From positions 162,699 to 226,698 of IMG/VR virus record IMGVR_UViG_3300025098_000012: DNA of 64,000 bases. One strand, written 5' to 3'. The notes beneath the pieces were generated by a model. That model was not told the DNA's origin and searched no databases. It saw only the letters and a program-made list of their open reading frames with translations. Shown here piece after piece: positions 38,481 through 48,817 of this stretch (its first letter is position 1; every line of letters begins with the position of its first letter). A program made the translations under genes and the position numbers.

Positions 38481-39077
38481 CTACAAATCACCCATCTTCT
38501 CTTTGAGAACCTTCTTATACTCCGACCATGATCTCCTAAAGGTTCGCATGAAGCCCTCAAGATCATCGTAGAGGCTAGATGGATTGAGTACACCTGTGAG
38601 CTTCGGCAAGTTCCAACCCCCACTGAAGATGTTATCAAGAAACTCCTGTGCATCTTTATGCCCTGTATGCTCTCGCTCATCGTTGAAGTTGATCAAATAC
38701 TCGACTACATCTTCACCGTAGCTAAACTCTATGTCGATCTGTAAGCGATCTTCATCACAGAGCATCACCCCACAAAAGTCACACTCTTCCTCGACTGTTT
38801 CCTCGACTCTAAAGCCAAGCTCATGCAAGAGCTTAAGAAACGCTCCGATAGCGTAAAAGGTGTTTTGGTTTTCAAGCACCTCGTCTGAGACACCACGAAC
38901 ACCATTACGCTTCTCGGTCATCCGTTGCTCTATGAGATTTTGTCGAGCGTTTTCCTCGATAGCACACTCAAACATAAGTCCGTATGTGCGAAATGTGTCT
39001 TCAACACCTTTAAGTGCAGTGTCAGTTTCAAGAAAGTCTGCGAAGATGAACTTCTCGTCATCATGGATCTCATTCAT
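38481..39077 (-). CDS. Hypothetical protein
   Basis: AGGAGG RBS; GTAACCCCTTAT motif at 39102. Confidence 0.7.
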   Translation of the reverse strand: MNEIHDDEKFIFADFLETDTALKGVEDTFRTYGLMFECAIEENARQNLIEQRMTEKRNGVRGVSDEVLENQNTFYAIGAFLKLLHELGFRVEETVEEECDFCGVMLCDEDRLQIDIEFSYGEDVVEYLINFNDEREHTGHKDAQEFLDNIFSGGWNLPKLTGVLNPSSLYDDLEGFMRTFRRSWSEYKKVLKEKMGDL

Positions 39078-39198
39078 ATTGTCCTCCTGTTCTAAGGGGC
39101 GATAGATAAGGGGTTACATCTGCAACCTCTAAACTACTAACGCTTCCTAGAACACAAAACGGACAATTTTTCTTTTTCAAACTTAGAAAAAAGTTTTT

Positions 39199-39753
39199 TT
39201 ACTGACCAAAGTCCCAAGGAAGGTCGTACATATCTTGACCCGAACGAGCGTCTTTCCAACCAACTCGTGCTTGGATAGAACCACGAGCAGGAATGATTTC
39301 TCCCTTAGCTAGAAGCTCGTTACTGTATTTAGCTCCGACACCATTAGTAGCAATCGTGATATGTGGGTCATCATTCTTAACAAGTCGAGCTAAAGGACCT
39401 TGAGGCTCAACAAGAACAGCCATACCCTTATCGTCATGTGCGTAGCCCACGATGTTAAGAACAACATTCTTACCGATAAGATCAGCATAAGGCTCAAGGA
39501 TGTTAGACTCAGCACGACCCTCTCTCTTGAGAGCTTTCTTTTCCTTCTTATCAAAGAACTCAATGGTCATGTGGTGAGCGGCTACTTTCCAACCCATAGC
39601 TTCTGGATCAAGACCCGATTGATCTTGGAACCAGTTAAGCAAATCTCTCTTATCAATAACAGCTTCGGCAAACATGACGCTTGCAGGTTTATCTTGGGCG
39701 AGCTTCCTCATGTGTACAGAAGCGACTCTTCGGATCATGCGATTGTAGTTCAT
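39199..39753 (-). CDS. 2H phosphoesterase with RVA tag
   Basis: RRVASVHMRKLA leader; HMTI and HITI motifs; late motif at 39801. Confidence 0.75.
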   Translation of the reverse strand: MNYNRMIRRVASVHMRKLAQDKPASVMFAEAVIDKRDLLNWFQDQSGLDPEAMGWKVAAHHMTIEFFDKKEKKALKREGRAESNILEPYADLIGKNVVLNIVGYAHDDKGMAVLVEPQGPLARLVKNDDPHITIATNGVGAKYSNELLAKGEIIPARGSIQARVGWKDARSGQDMYDLPWDFGQ

Positions 39754-39898
39754 GTTAAACTCCTTTTAGAGATTGGTTAAACGCATATAAACTAGAGTCA
39801 TATAAACAATCTACAAATCCTGTAACCCCTTATCTATGAGATTGTGTGGGAGAGGTATGTAAGCCTTGCCCAAGCCTTACTCCAACAAGGAGATCCAA

Positions 39899-42025
39899 AT
39901 GAGAGTTTTCAAGAACAAGTTCGCCAAAAAGTGTAATGTCTGTAAGACCCCTGTAGCTGAGGGTGCAGGGTTCACATATCAGCCACAGGGTGGAGCGTAC
40001 ACCACCATCTGCAATAGCTCTGTATGTCTTGACGCAAGTCCTGCACAGGTCAAGGCTCTCCTTAACGCACCCTCTGTGCGTGAGATCAATGCACAAGGTG
40101 AGATCAAGATGCCTTATGAGGCAGACGCTTTACCTATCTTGCGTGGGATGCCTGGAGCAAGGTGGAATGGCGATCTCAAGTGTTGGACTGTAAGTCTTGC
40201 ACCGAAGGATCGTCAGCGTGTGATGGAGGGTGTGCGTAGGCTCAACCTCAGCTTCCCTATCGGCTTCGATGGAGTACAGCAAGATAGCTCTGTCTTAGAT
40301 GCTATCAGTCGAGCCAAAGACGGTGGTGCTTACACCTATCAACTTGATGGGGTCAAGTTCCTGTCAAGCCATGAGAACTGCTTGCTTGCAGATGACATGG
40401 GTCTTGGGAAGACCCTACAGGCACTCATGGCTATCGAGATGGGTGGTCGAGCTATCGTACTTTGCCCTGCAACTTTGAAGCTCAATTGGGCAAACGAGGT
40501 TCGCAAGTGGAGGTCTGACCTCTCTCCAGTGGTCTGTAAAGGTCGCAAGGGGTTCAAGCTCCCTCAAGCGAATGAGGTTGTCATCCTCAACTATGAGATC
40601 CTCCCTACAGAGATGACTCCTACTGACAAGTGGGGTGATGACTCTGAGAATGTACCTCAAGCATGGCGAGATGTGCTTGCTCAAACAACCCTTATCGCTG
40701 ACGAGGCTCACCTCTGTAAGAGCCACAAGGCGATCCGTAGCAAGCGTACTAAGGTTCTCTCCAACCTCTGTAAGAGGAGTTGGGCGATGACTGGAACTCC
40801 CCTCTTGAGCAAAGGTTTTGACCTATGGGGTGTAGTCAGCACCTTCGGAATGGGTCGCACCATCTTCGGTGGCTTCAAGGGGTTCATCCGAGACATGAAC
40901 GCTCATCAAAACTACTATGGTGGATGGGAGTTCGGCACACCTAACCCATGTGTACCAGAGAAGCTCCGTAGGGTCATGCTCCGTAGGACTAAGACTGAGG
41001 TCTTGACCAACCTCCCACCTAAGACCTACCAAGATGTACTTGTCGAGGTAGGCTCAAAGCGACTCCTCAAGATGAGTGAGAAGATGCTTGAGGCAATGAA
41101 GGAGAATGGCTCAAACGCTATCCCCGACTTTAGCGAGTTCAGTCGCATCCGAGCCGAGCTTGCCGAGTCTCGTATCTCTGCCCTTGAAGAGATGGTTGAG
41201 AGCTTCGAGGAGGCTAACGAGCCTGTGGTCGTGTTCTCTGCACACCGATCACCAATCGAGGCTATGGCAAAGCGTGATGGTTGGGCTGTAATCATGGGGG
41301 ATACCGACCAAGATGATCGTGAAGATGCTGTTATGGCTTTCCAAGCTGGAATGCTCAAAGGGATCGCCTGTACCATCAAAGCTGGTGGTGTCGGGATCAC
41401 CCTCACCAAAGCAAGCAAGATGATCTTCTGTGATCAAGAGTGGAATCCTGCTCTTAATCTCCAAGCTGAGGATCGTATCTGTCGTATCGGTCAGACTGCT
41501 TCTAACTTGCAGTACATCCGACTCGTATCGGACTGTGCGATGGATCTTCATGTCCTCAAACTCATAGACAAGAAAAAGGCTCTTATCGAGGCATCAATCG
41601 AGAAAGAGTGTGGAGCGTTGACCTCAACTGCTACCACTAAGGGTGTCGCTATCAAGCAAGAGACTCGTGAGGAGCGTGATGCTCGTATCGCTAAAGCTGT
41701 TCAGCGAGACGCTCAAAACGCTGTCTCTAACCAACTTACAGAGTGGACTAAGGCAATCCCATCAAAGATCCTCAATCGTTCTGTAGACGCTAACCTACAA
41801 GCTCAAATCATCACAGCAAGTGAGTCTCTTGACGGTGCTTGTGATGGGGCAACCGATAAGGACGGAATGGGGTTCAACAAACCCGACAGCTATGTGATGA
41901 AGAACATCAACTCAAGTGGTCTACTCCATGACCTCGATCAGCAAGACTTGCTCAAGTTCGCTTGGTCAAAACTCCTCAAGTATCGGGGTCAAGTAGGAAC
42001 TATCGCACCTAGCCTTTACCTATAA
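39899..42025 (+). CDS. SNF2/SMARCAL1-like SF2 helicase
   Basis: LADDMGLGKT, DEAH, TGTP, LRRTK, NLQAEDRICRIGQ; AAGGAG RBS before ATG 39899. Confidence 0.88.
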   Translation: MRVFKNKFAKKCNVCKTPVAEGAGFTYQPQGGAYTTICNSSVCLDASPAQVKALLNAPSVREINAQGEIKMPYEADALPILRGMPGARWNGDLKCWTVSLAPKDRQRVMEGVRRLNLSFPIGFDGVQQDSSVLDAISRAKDGGAYTYQLDGVKFLSSHENCLLADDMGLGKTLQALMAIEMGGRAIVLCPATLKLNWANEVRKWRSDLSPVVCKGRKGFKLPQANEVVILNYEILPTEMTPTDKWGDDSENVPQAWRDVLAQTTLIADEAHLCKSHKAIRSKRTKVLSNLCKRSWAMTGTPLLSKGFDLWGVVSTFGMGRTIFGGFKGFIRDMNAHQNYYGGWEFGTPNPCVPEKLRRVMLRRTKTEVLTNLPPKTYQDVLVEVGSKRLLKMSEKMLEAMKENGSNAIPDFSEFSRIRAELAESRISALEEMVESFEEANEPVVVFSAHRSPIEAMAKRDGWAVIMGDTDQDDREDAVMAFQAGMLKGIACTIKAGGVGITLTKASKMIFCDQEWNPALNLQAEDRICRIGQTASNLQYIRLVSDCAMDLHVLKLIDKKKALIEASIEKECGALTSTATTKGVAIKQETREERDARIAKAVQRDAQNAVSNQLTEWTKAIPSKILNRSVDANLQAQIITASESLDGACDGATDKDGMGFNKPDSYVMKNINSSGLLHDLDQQDLLKFAWSKLLKYRGQVGTIAPSLYL

Positions 42026-42037
42026 GGAAGAATAACA

Positions 42038-42559
42038 ATGACAAAAGTAATGTATATACATGGACTAGAGGGAGAACCTAATGGAGTGAAAGGGTCGTAC
42101 TGTCAGACCCATTACAACGCAGTCGCTCCACAGATACCAGCCACCTTAGAGTCTCTTATGAGGAGTCGTAAAGACTGTATCAAGACCTGCTATAAAATCG
42201 CTAAAAAAGCTGTCCTATCCCATAAGCCCGACATCATCATCGGGTCGAGCTTTGGAGGAGGGATCACTATGGCTCTTATGCAGAACAATGTCCATAAAGG
42301 TAAGGCAATCTTACTCGCACCTGCTGGTGTTAAATATGGACTTCCAACCCTAATCCCAAAAGGAAACCGAGTGGTTATCCTCCATGACCCCACAGACGAC
42401 ATCGTACCTTTTAAGGACAGCGTTCGTATCTATGGAGACAATATACTTGATGGGTGTGATGTTAAGCTCATCAAAACAGATGGAGGACACCGACTCATCA
42501 ACCTCACAACCGATGGTCTATTAGACCAAGTGGTTCTTAGTCTAAGCGAAGATCAATGA
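42038..42559 (+). CDS. Alpha/beta hydrolase (YqiA/esterase-like)
   Basis: YIHGLEG, GSSFGG nucleophile elbow, HDPTDDIVP, GGH. Confidence 0.8.
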   Translation: MTKVMYIHGLEGEPNGVKGSYCQTHYNAVAPQIPATLESLMRSRKDCIKTCYKIAKKAVLSHKPDIIIGSSFGGGITMALMQNNVHKGKAILLAPAGVKYGLPTLIPKGNRVVILHDPTDDIVPFKDSVRIYGDNILDGCDVKLIKTDGGHRLINLTTDGLLDQVVLSLSEDQ

Positions 42560-42878
42560 TGCCACTGTGTTGCCTCTTAACATAATTAAGACCATCACTA
42601 TAGAAAGAATCTTCTGAGTCAATCTCCACATCAAGGATCTCAACACTACTTCCATTTGCTTTGAAGGTAACAGCGGCCCAACCTTCCACACCTTCTCGTG
42701 GATTACCTTCACCATCGTACTGATAGTCATAACCCGCAAAGTCCTCTAACTCTGGCTCATCATCATCGTCTGACTCTTGCCACTCCTCATATGCCTCCTC
42801 ATACTCCTGCACAGCGTTTTGATGGTCATCCCATTCCTCTGCACTTGTTTCTGAGTAAAGAGTTAAGTCAAATCCCAT
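42537..42878 (-). CDS. Acidic hypothetical protein, possibly frameshifted at its 5' end
   Basis: The frame stays open 30 codons upstream to 42968; cassette UTR and ATG lie in the adjacent frame. Confidence 0.6.
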   Translation of the reverse strand: MGFDLTLYSETSAEEWDDHQNAVQEYEEAYEEWQESDDDDEPELEDFAGYDYQYDGEGNPREGVEGWAAVTFKANGSSVEILDVEIDSEDSFYSDGLNYVKRQHSGIIDLRLD

Positions 42879-43035
42879 GACAAAGTAATCTTCTCTTTGG
42901 CTGTAACCAAGATAACACTCTTGAGTCCAGTTTATCTCAAGATCGTTATTAAAATTGAGATCAGATTTTTAAAGAAATCATATCCATTTGGTTTAAGGTT
43001 AATGTGATCACTTATGTGGGTTCATAAAGAAACTA

Positions 43036-44799
43036 TCAGCCTTGACAGCTCATACATTCATCAAGATCATAATCTTTTAATGCCTTACGCTCAATCTTCT
43101 CACTCACTTTATCGGCTACAACACCAGCGTTGGTGCGAAGATAGTACAAGCCCTTGAGCTTCTTCTTCCATGCACTCAAATGAACAGCGTTGACATAGTT
43201 CTTATCTGAACCAGCAGGGAAGAATAAGTTGACCGACTGACCTTGGCAAACCCACTCTTGACGAACGGAAGCGTGTTCCACAATCCACATTTGGTCGATC
43301 TCAAAAGCAGTCTTGAATGTGTCCTTTTCAATCTGAGTTAAGAAATCTAAGTGCTGTACGCTCCCTTGATTGAGGATGATACTCTGACGCACTTCATCGA
43401 GATCAATGTCCTCTTTCTTCTCAAGCACAGCTTCAAGATACTTATTGAACTGCAAAAACGACCCTGCTCGTGTCCTATGCGTAAACGCATTTGACTTCCA
43501 AGGTTCGATACTTGGGCTTGTATCGAGAATGATAGCCGAGTTAGCGTTTGGGGCGATGGCGAGAAGATGGCTATTCCTCATGCCCGATCCGATACCGTCA
43601 AGGTACTCACCCTTGATTTCTGCTAAACGCTTAGAGGAAGCTACTGCTCGTTCTTTGATGGTTGAGTAAATCTTACGGTTAGCCGAGACAGCAAAGATCG
43701 ACTCAAAGGGCAGACCCTTTTTTTGAAGATAGGCATGAAAACCCATTGTACCTAAACCAAGAGAGCGTTCGGCTTCTGCACTCTTGATCGCCTTCTCAAG
43801 TTGAGGGGGAGCGTTTTCAATGAAATACTGTAGGACATCATCTAAGAACTCGATCAAGTCCTCAACGATGGGGGTATCTTTCCATTCATCGAACATTTCA
43901 ACATTGAGACTAGATAGACAACAGACTGCCGAGCGATTAGGACCTGTGGGAAGATGAATTTCATTACAGAGATTTGAGCCATGTATCTCCAACCCCTTAT
44001 CCTTGAGGGGCTGTGGGAGATGTCTATTGGCTTCATCAATAAAGTTGAGGTAAGGCTCTCCTGTACGGAAGCGTACTTCAAGGATGCGTTGCCATAGTTC
44101 ACGAGCATCTACGGTGTCTCTGACTGTATTATCGGCAGGGTCAATGAGATTCCAAGTTCCACCGCTCATCACAGCAGTCATAAACTCATCAGTAATGTTA
44201 AGGGCATTGTTAAGGTTGAAACACTTACGGTTAGTGTCTCCACCTGTAGGAAGTCGAAGGTTCATAAACTCAACGACATCGGGGTGGCTAATGTCGAGGT
44301 AAGCCGCATAACTACCTTTGCGTGTAGACCCTTGCCTATACGCAACCATATCCGAGTCTACGGTTTTGAGAAAAGGAATAGGTCCTGGTGCTTTTTTGCT
44401 AACTGAGCGAACATCATCCCAATGTCCACCGACACCCCCTCCCATAACGCTCATCCACCGAAGCTCCTCTGTGTGTTCGATCAGACCCTCAACTGTGTCG
44501 GGTACATAAGTGAGGAAGCAAGAAATCGGCATACCTGTACTCTCAGCGTTCGAGAGTATAGGTGAACTGAACATGAACCAACCTTTGGTTGCGTACTCTA
44601 ACACCCTCTCAGCAAGTTCTTTATTTGGGGTGTATGCGTAAGCGGCTCTCCTAAATGCTTCCTGTGGTGATCCGTCCGACTCTTTCATGTAATAAGAGTT
44701 CAATAGTGTCAATGCGTGGTCTGAAAAAGGGAATCCCATGCCTTTTCCTTTCATTTTTTCAATCGGTTTTTTCTCATAGTTGCACTTGAGTTCTCTCAA
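43036..44799 (-). CDS. nrdA: Ribonucleotide reductase class Ia alpha subunit
   Basis: PISCFL, GGGVG, GSNLCNEI, VCCLSSLN, APNANS, QGQSVN, LYYLR, C-terminal CMSCQG. Confidence 0.93.
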   Translation of the reverse strand: MRELKCNYEKKPIEKMKGKGMGFPFSDHALTLLNSYYMKESDGSPQEAFRRAAYAYTPNKELAERVLEYATKGWFMFSSPILSNAESTGMPISCFLTYVPDTVEGLIEHTEELRWMSVMGGGVGGHWDDVRSVSKKAPGPIPFLKTVDSDMVAYRQGSTRKGSYAAYLDISHPDVVEFMNLRLPTGGDTNRKCFNLNNALNITDEFMTAVMSGGTWNLIDPADNTVRDTVDARELWQRILEVRFRTGEPYLNFIDEANRHLPQPLKDKGLEIHGSNLCNEIHLPTGPNRSAVCCLSSLNVEMFDEWKDTPIVEDLIEFLDDVLQYFIENAPPQLEKAIKSAEAERSLGLGTMGFHAYLQKKGLPFESIFAVSANRKIYSTIKERAVASSKRLAEIKGEYLDGIGSGMRNSHLLAIAPNANSAIILDTSPSIEPWKSNAFTHRTRAGSFLQFNKYLEAVLEKKEDIDLDEVRQSIILNQGSVQHLDFLTQIEKDTFKTAFEIDQMWIVEHASVRQEWVCQGQSVNLFFPAGSDKNYVNAVHLSAWKKKLKGLYYLRTNAGVVADKVSEKIERKALKDYDLDECMSCQG

Positions 44800-44839
44800 A
44801 GAAGAACCAAGCGACTCTTATGCTTGTGGTATTTATTAT

Positions 44840-45772
44840 CTACAAAATACCAAGTACACCAACCTTAAACTTCAACCAACTGTCCCGACCACCAGAGACT
44901 ACATTGTTCTCACACTCATAAAGCACATTCAGCAACCTACGAAGGTTTTGCACACCTCCAAAGGAATAAATCTTGGGTGCGATAAAGTTTTTTATCGCAT
45001 ATGGATTTTTCCTCAGATCGCTTGCAATCTGCTCAAGGTTCATCTTGGCTTCTACTCGTAAACCTACTTCAAGTAGATTGATACAGTTCGACAATAAGAT
45101 CCCATTACAGACAGCCATCGTCTGATCTGTCTTAGATGAACGCTCAATCTTCTCACAGACCTTGATGAACGCTTTGTGGTTTCTCTCCATGATCGCATTG
45201 GACAAGTCAATGAAGCTCGCTTCGGTCAGATCAGAAATCAAGTTTACTACGATGTTTGGTGTGATCTGATCTTCATCTCCAACAGCATGGACATACTTCA
45301 CCACTTCCCATCGCAAAGCACCTAAATCAATCCCGACCCTGTTCACAACAGCACGACACAGAACAGGGTCGATCTTCTTTTCATATTTCTCTACATATTT
45401 ATGCACCCAATCGCTCGCCCATTCTTTCTTTTGATCCTCGTACTGTGGTTCATCAAGTTTTCTTGAAAGATAACCCTCTAAGGCTTTCGGTAGGCGATCA
45501 TTTGTGTGTACGACTAAGACCTCACTCGCTCCTCTTGCTTTGAGATGTTGATCGAGCTTCTTGTTCTTGGTCGGGTTAGTTAGCACAACAAAGATTGGGT
45601 CTGTATCAAATAATCCAGACTCGAAGGCTGTCATGAGATCATCGGTCTTAGCGTCTACCTCACGAACATCATATCCATTAGCCCGATACTCAAGTGTGAT
45701 GTCTCTTGCTGTTAGGTCAATCCACTGTTTTGATGATCCGTATAAGACCATTACATTTTCGTCATTACTCAT
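44840..45772 (-). CDS. holA: DNA polymerase III delta subunit-like
   Basis: VLYGSS, inactive AAA+-like architecture, DLGALRWEVVKY, NPYAIK; adjacent to a delta-prime-like gene. Confidence 0.65.
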   Translation of the reverse strand: MSNDENVMVLYGSSKQWIDLTARDITLEYRANGYDVREVDAKTDDLMTAFESGLFDTDPIFVVLTNPTKNKKLDQHLKARGASEVLVVHTNDRLPKALEGYLSRKLDEPQYEDQKKEWASDWVHKYVEKYEKKIDPVLCRAVVNRVGIDLGALRWEVVKYVHAVGDEDQITPNIVVNLISDLTEASFIDLSNAIMERNHKAFIKVCEKIERSSKTDQTMAVCNGILLSNCINLLEVGLRVEAKMNLEQIASDLRKNPYAIKNFIAPKIYSFGGVQNLRRLLNVLYECENNVVSGGRDSWLKFKVGVLGIL

Positions 45773-46352
45773 TTTTTAACCCTAAGAAATAGCCATATAC
45801 GCACACCTTGCGTACATGAGGTCTTTTAAGAACAGCCTTCAGATCATCGTCATAACGCTCTACTAATCCCTCATCAACTAACACATCCACATACGCTTCA
45901 AGAAAAGCTCTATGTTGCCCCTTCTCGATCTTTTTAAGGCAATCTGATACGAGGATAAGGTTTTCATCAGAAAGAGCCTTAGAGAGCGTTTTAGCGTCCT
46001 CATAAAGTGGGTGTTGAGGTTGGGGCTGATAATGAAACCTCTCCCCACACCTTGATCGGATCGTTTCGGGAACAGACCCATAGTCTCTAGCCCATAAGAT
46101 CAGTTCGGGGGCAGAGGGATAAGGTTCTTCAATCCTCTTAAGTAAGATGTCTAGCGTTTGAGGGTTCGCTTCATCAAGAGGACCTGCTACTAAGAGTGGG
46201 TTATCTTGAGGCCAAACTTGAGAGTACATCTCCACTAACTCTTTTACAGCGTCAGTCTTTAAGTCTCGGTAGGGGGGTTTAATGAGAGTCTTACCTTCCA
46301 TGAGATCAGCTAAGGCTCTCTCAACTCCCGACCCATGATGTATGAATAGCAT
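45765..46352 (-). CDS. holB: DNA polymerase III delta-prime-like subunit (short)
   Basis: LLVAGPLDEANPQTLDILLKRIEEP; PETIRSRC. Confidence 0.65.
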   Translation of the reverse strand: MLFIHHGSGVERALADLMEGKTLIKPPYRDLKTDAVKELVEMYSQVWPQDNPLLVAGPLDEANPQTLDILLKRIEEPYPSAPELILWARDYGSVPETIRSRCGERFHYQPQPQHPLYEDAKTLSKALSDENLILVSDCLKKIEKGQHRAFLEAYVDVLVDEGLVERYDDDLKAVLKRPHVRKVCVYGYFLGLKNE

Positions 46353-46429
46353 ATAATCTCCTTTCTTTTACCCTTATAGATTTTTACCCTTTACATCTCC
46401 TCGTAAGTCTCATATAAGGGTTCTTGTGT

Positions 46430-47110
46430 TTCCCCTTTGGGGATTGTCTCTAGTCCTCTTAAGTGAGATCAAGACAGGAGATGGTTAATGACCATTAGGT
46501 GGGATAGTCTAGCTTCTAGTACGCACCTAACGACACAAAATTAACTGTTCATACGCTGTGGCTTATATGTACCCTAACCTTTTAACCGAGATTGGGTATG
46601 CTCCTTGGGAGAAGAGCTGACTTAATACACTTGTTAAGTTTCATTCTAGGAATACCTCAACTAGATCAGCTTAGTCTCTTACTCGTAGCTTACATTAGAT
46701 ACTCTTTAGAGTAGATAAACTCTTAGAGGAGTATACTCTAAGAGTTAGTAAGATACGAAGTATCGCTAGAGTTAAAAAGAATACTAAGAAAAAAACTACA
46801 ACTACAACTTTAACTTCTACAAGTTCAAGTTCTACATCTACTACTACTAATAGTACACCTACAGGTACTAGTAGTTCTTCTTCAACTCATTCAGCTTCAG
46901 CTACTATATGTTCTACTCTATCTTAACCTACATCTTCTACATCATCTTATCTTATTATATCTTCCAGTATATCGTATTATCCATATATGCGATATGTGTA
47001 TATAGAAGATACCTTATCAGTAAGGATAAGGTATCAAAAGATAGTATTTCCTCTTAGTTAAATAGAGGAAATATGGTATAATCTCTCTAAGATACTAAGA
47101 GAGAGATTAA
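46430..47110. other. Long non-coding region with dense hairpins and skewed low-complexity tract; candidate replication origin and/or RNA
   Basis: No start-bearing long ORF; several 9-11 bp inverted repeats; G-poor (ACT)n tract; sits at a gene-orientation switch. Confidence 0.5.
47074..47082 (+). promoter_or_regulatory. Extended -10 sigma70-type promoter
   Basis: TGGTATAAT about 35 nt upstream of ATG 47116. Confidence 0.55.
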
Positions 47111-47115
47111 GAGAA

Positions 47116-47463
47116 ATGAAGTTAATAGAGATCAACCTATCTGGAACAAATGAAAAGGATGTAAAGAGCTTATGTGAAGCTCTAAGCAGAAGGTTCTTAG
47201 GTTGTACTCTCTACAGGACTATCGGTTATTGGAGTGAAGAAGGTTATCAGTTTAAGAAATCTTATGAGGGGACCAAAGAGGAACAGGGGTATGGGATTAA
47301 GGTCTTAATAGAAGATGATCTCGATCAAGTGGAAAAGATTATAAGAACCTACTTATCGGAAACAGATCTGAACTGGGTTCAAGTAGTATCTTATGGGGTA
47401 GATACCCATCATGTAAACTTGAGGGGGGAGTTTAAAAGGGTAAGTTCATATAAGGGTAGGTGA
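47116..47463 (+). CDS. Hypothetical protein
   Basis: 115-aa ORF after the extended -10 element. Confidence 0.6.
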   Translation: MKLIEINLSGTNEKDVKSLCEALSRRFLGCTLYRTIGYWSEEGYQFKKSYEGTKEEQGYGIKVLIEDDLDQVEKIIRTYLSETDLNWVQVVSYGVDTHHVNLRGEFKRVSSYKGR

Positions 47464-47493
47464 ACCAACCAACCTTAAAAGGAGACTCACCCT

Positions 47494-47838
47494 ATGAGTG
47501 AAGTAAAAGATTTAAAAGAGCAGATCGTTCGTATTCGGGAAAACACCAAGATCACTCAGATCATGGTTTCAAGGTGTGTGAAGATGCCTCGTGGTGGAGG
47601 AGATGTTTTCGTTTCCTTAACAGGAAACTACGGTGAGCCTAATGATGTGGAGGGAGGATTAAGCCTCGAAGATGCAAAAGTGGCGACCCATTTACTTGGG
47701 CTTGAAGCAAACATCATGGCTTTCCAACAAGCTAGATCATCGGGTATCTTATCGGCACAACAATGTGATAGTGCCATAAAGCACACAAAGAACAACTTTG
47801 GTCAGCTCCTTATGAGCCTAGATGGAGACAAAAAATAA
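47494..47838 (+). CDS. Hypothetical protein
   Basis: AAGGAG RBS. Confidence 0.7.
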   Translation: MSEVKDLKEQIVRIRENTKITQIMVSRCVKMPRGGGDVFVSLTGNYGEPNDVEGGLSLEDAKVATHLLGLEANIMAFQQARSSGILSAQQCDSAIKHTKNNFGQLLMSLDGDKK

Positions 47839-48677
47839 TGATTGAACAAGCGTATATTGATCGCATTTATGAGAGACTTACAGCTATGGATGTCCAACTT
47901 GATGCTGACCCTATTGAGTTTGGACCTAGTCGGCTTAACTACAAGACATCAGAGGTTCGAGGGCATCTTTCATCAACTGAAAAAATCTTCATGGAAGTCA
48001 GTCACAATCTTCAAAAGATCAAGCGTGATCTGTTGATCCGACAGACCGAATATAACATCGAACAGACTCAGCTCATTGCTAATGATCCCCATGTGCGTTC
48101 GGGTCGCTCCCAAAAAGAGCGTGAAGCACTAGCGGCCACTAGACTCGTTCATATCCAATCAAAGATCAATGACCTCACTTTGTCGGCTCATGATCTTGAG
48201 GACTTGATGACGGTTATTAAGGCAAAGCGTACAGACCTTAAAGACCTTCAAGGTCGATTACGAGATCAGTTGAAGTTATGCCAAGAGCAGATCGCTTTAG
48301 GTCAGCGTTGGGGGTCTAAGACCTTTACATCTAGGACTTTTGATGACCCTAATGTGATCTCCACCGAAGTCAATACAGCTAAACTTGTGGATCAGTTTAT
48401 CACTCAGCGTCAAAATGCTGAAGCGAAGGTTGATGAGCAAGCTGAACAAATGACTCAAGTCGAAGCAGAGACACCTAAGCGAGAAGTAATCTCTGTAGAG
48501 GACGAACTTAGTGTAGCTTTGTCTCAATCTCCTAAAGACAGTTCCCCCTTAAATGGAACAAACACTAAAGCGAATGAGGACGAGATTGAGGGCTTTGTAA
48601 AGACTCCGTTGGAGGAGATTGATACAAATGTTGATGCGATTGATCTTGATGATCTTTTTGCTGAGTTTGGTGGTTAG
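47838..48677 (+). CDS. Coiled-coil protein with acidic tail
   Basis: TAATG overlap; helical N-terminal half; C-terminal DLDDLFAEFGG. Confidence 0.7.
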   Translation: MIEQAYIDRIYERLTAMDVQLDADPIEFGPSRLNYKTSEVRGHLSSTEKIFMEVSHNLQKIKRDLLIRQTEYNIEQTQLIANDPHVRSGRSQKEREALAATRLVHIQSKINDLTLSAHDLEDLMTVIKAKRTDLKDLQGRLRDQLKLCQEQIALGQRWGSKTFTSRTFDDPNVISTEVNTAKLVDQFITQRQNAEAKVDEQAEQMTQVEAETPKREVISVEDELSVALSQSPKDSSPLNGTNTKANEDEIEGFVKTPLEEIDTNVDAIDLDDLFAEFGG

Positions 48678-48817
48678 GTAGACAAGGGGCTGAGTCTTTC
48701 TGCATAGGGCAGAAAATACGAACGATACCACCGCATTTATAACAGGAATGAGGAGACATACTAAGAGCCTTTGAGCGAGGGTTGAGAGGGTATTCTTTGA
48801 TACCCATAAAAATACTA

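Noticed and set aside
46699-46926. Ser/Thr-rich plus-strand reading frame
   Set aside because: No ATG/GTG/TTG start after the upstream stop; by-product of the low-complexity tract
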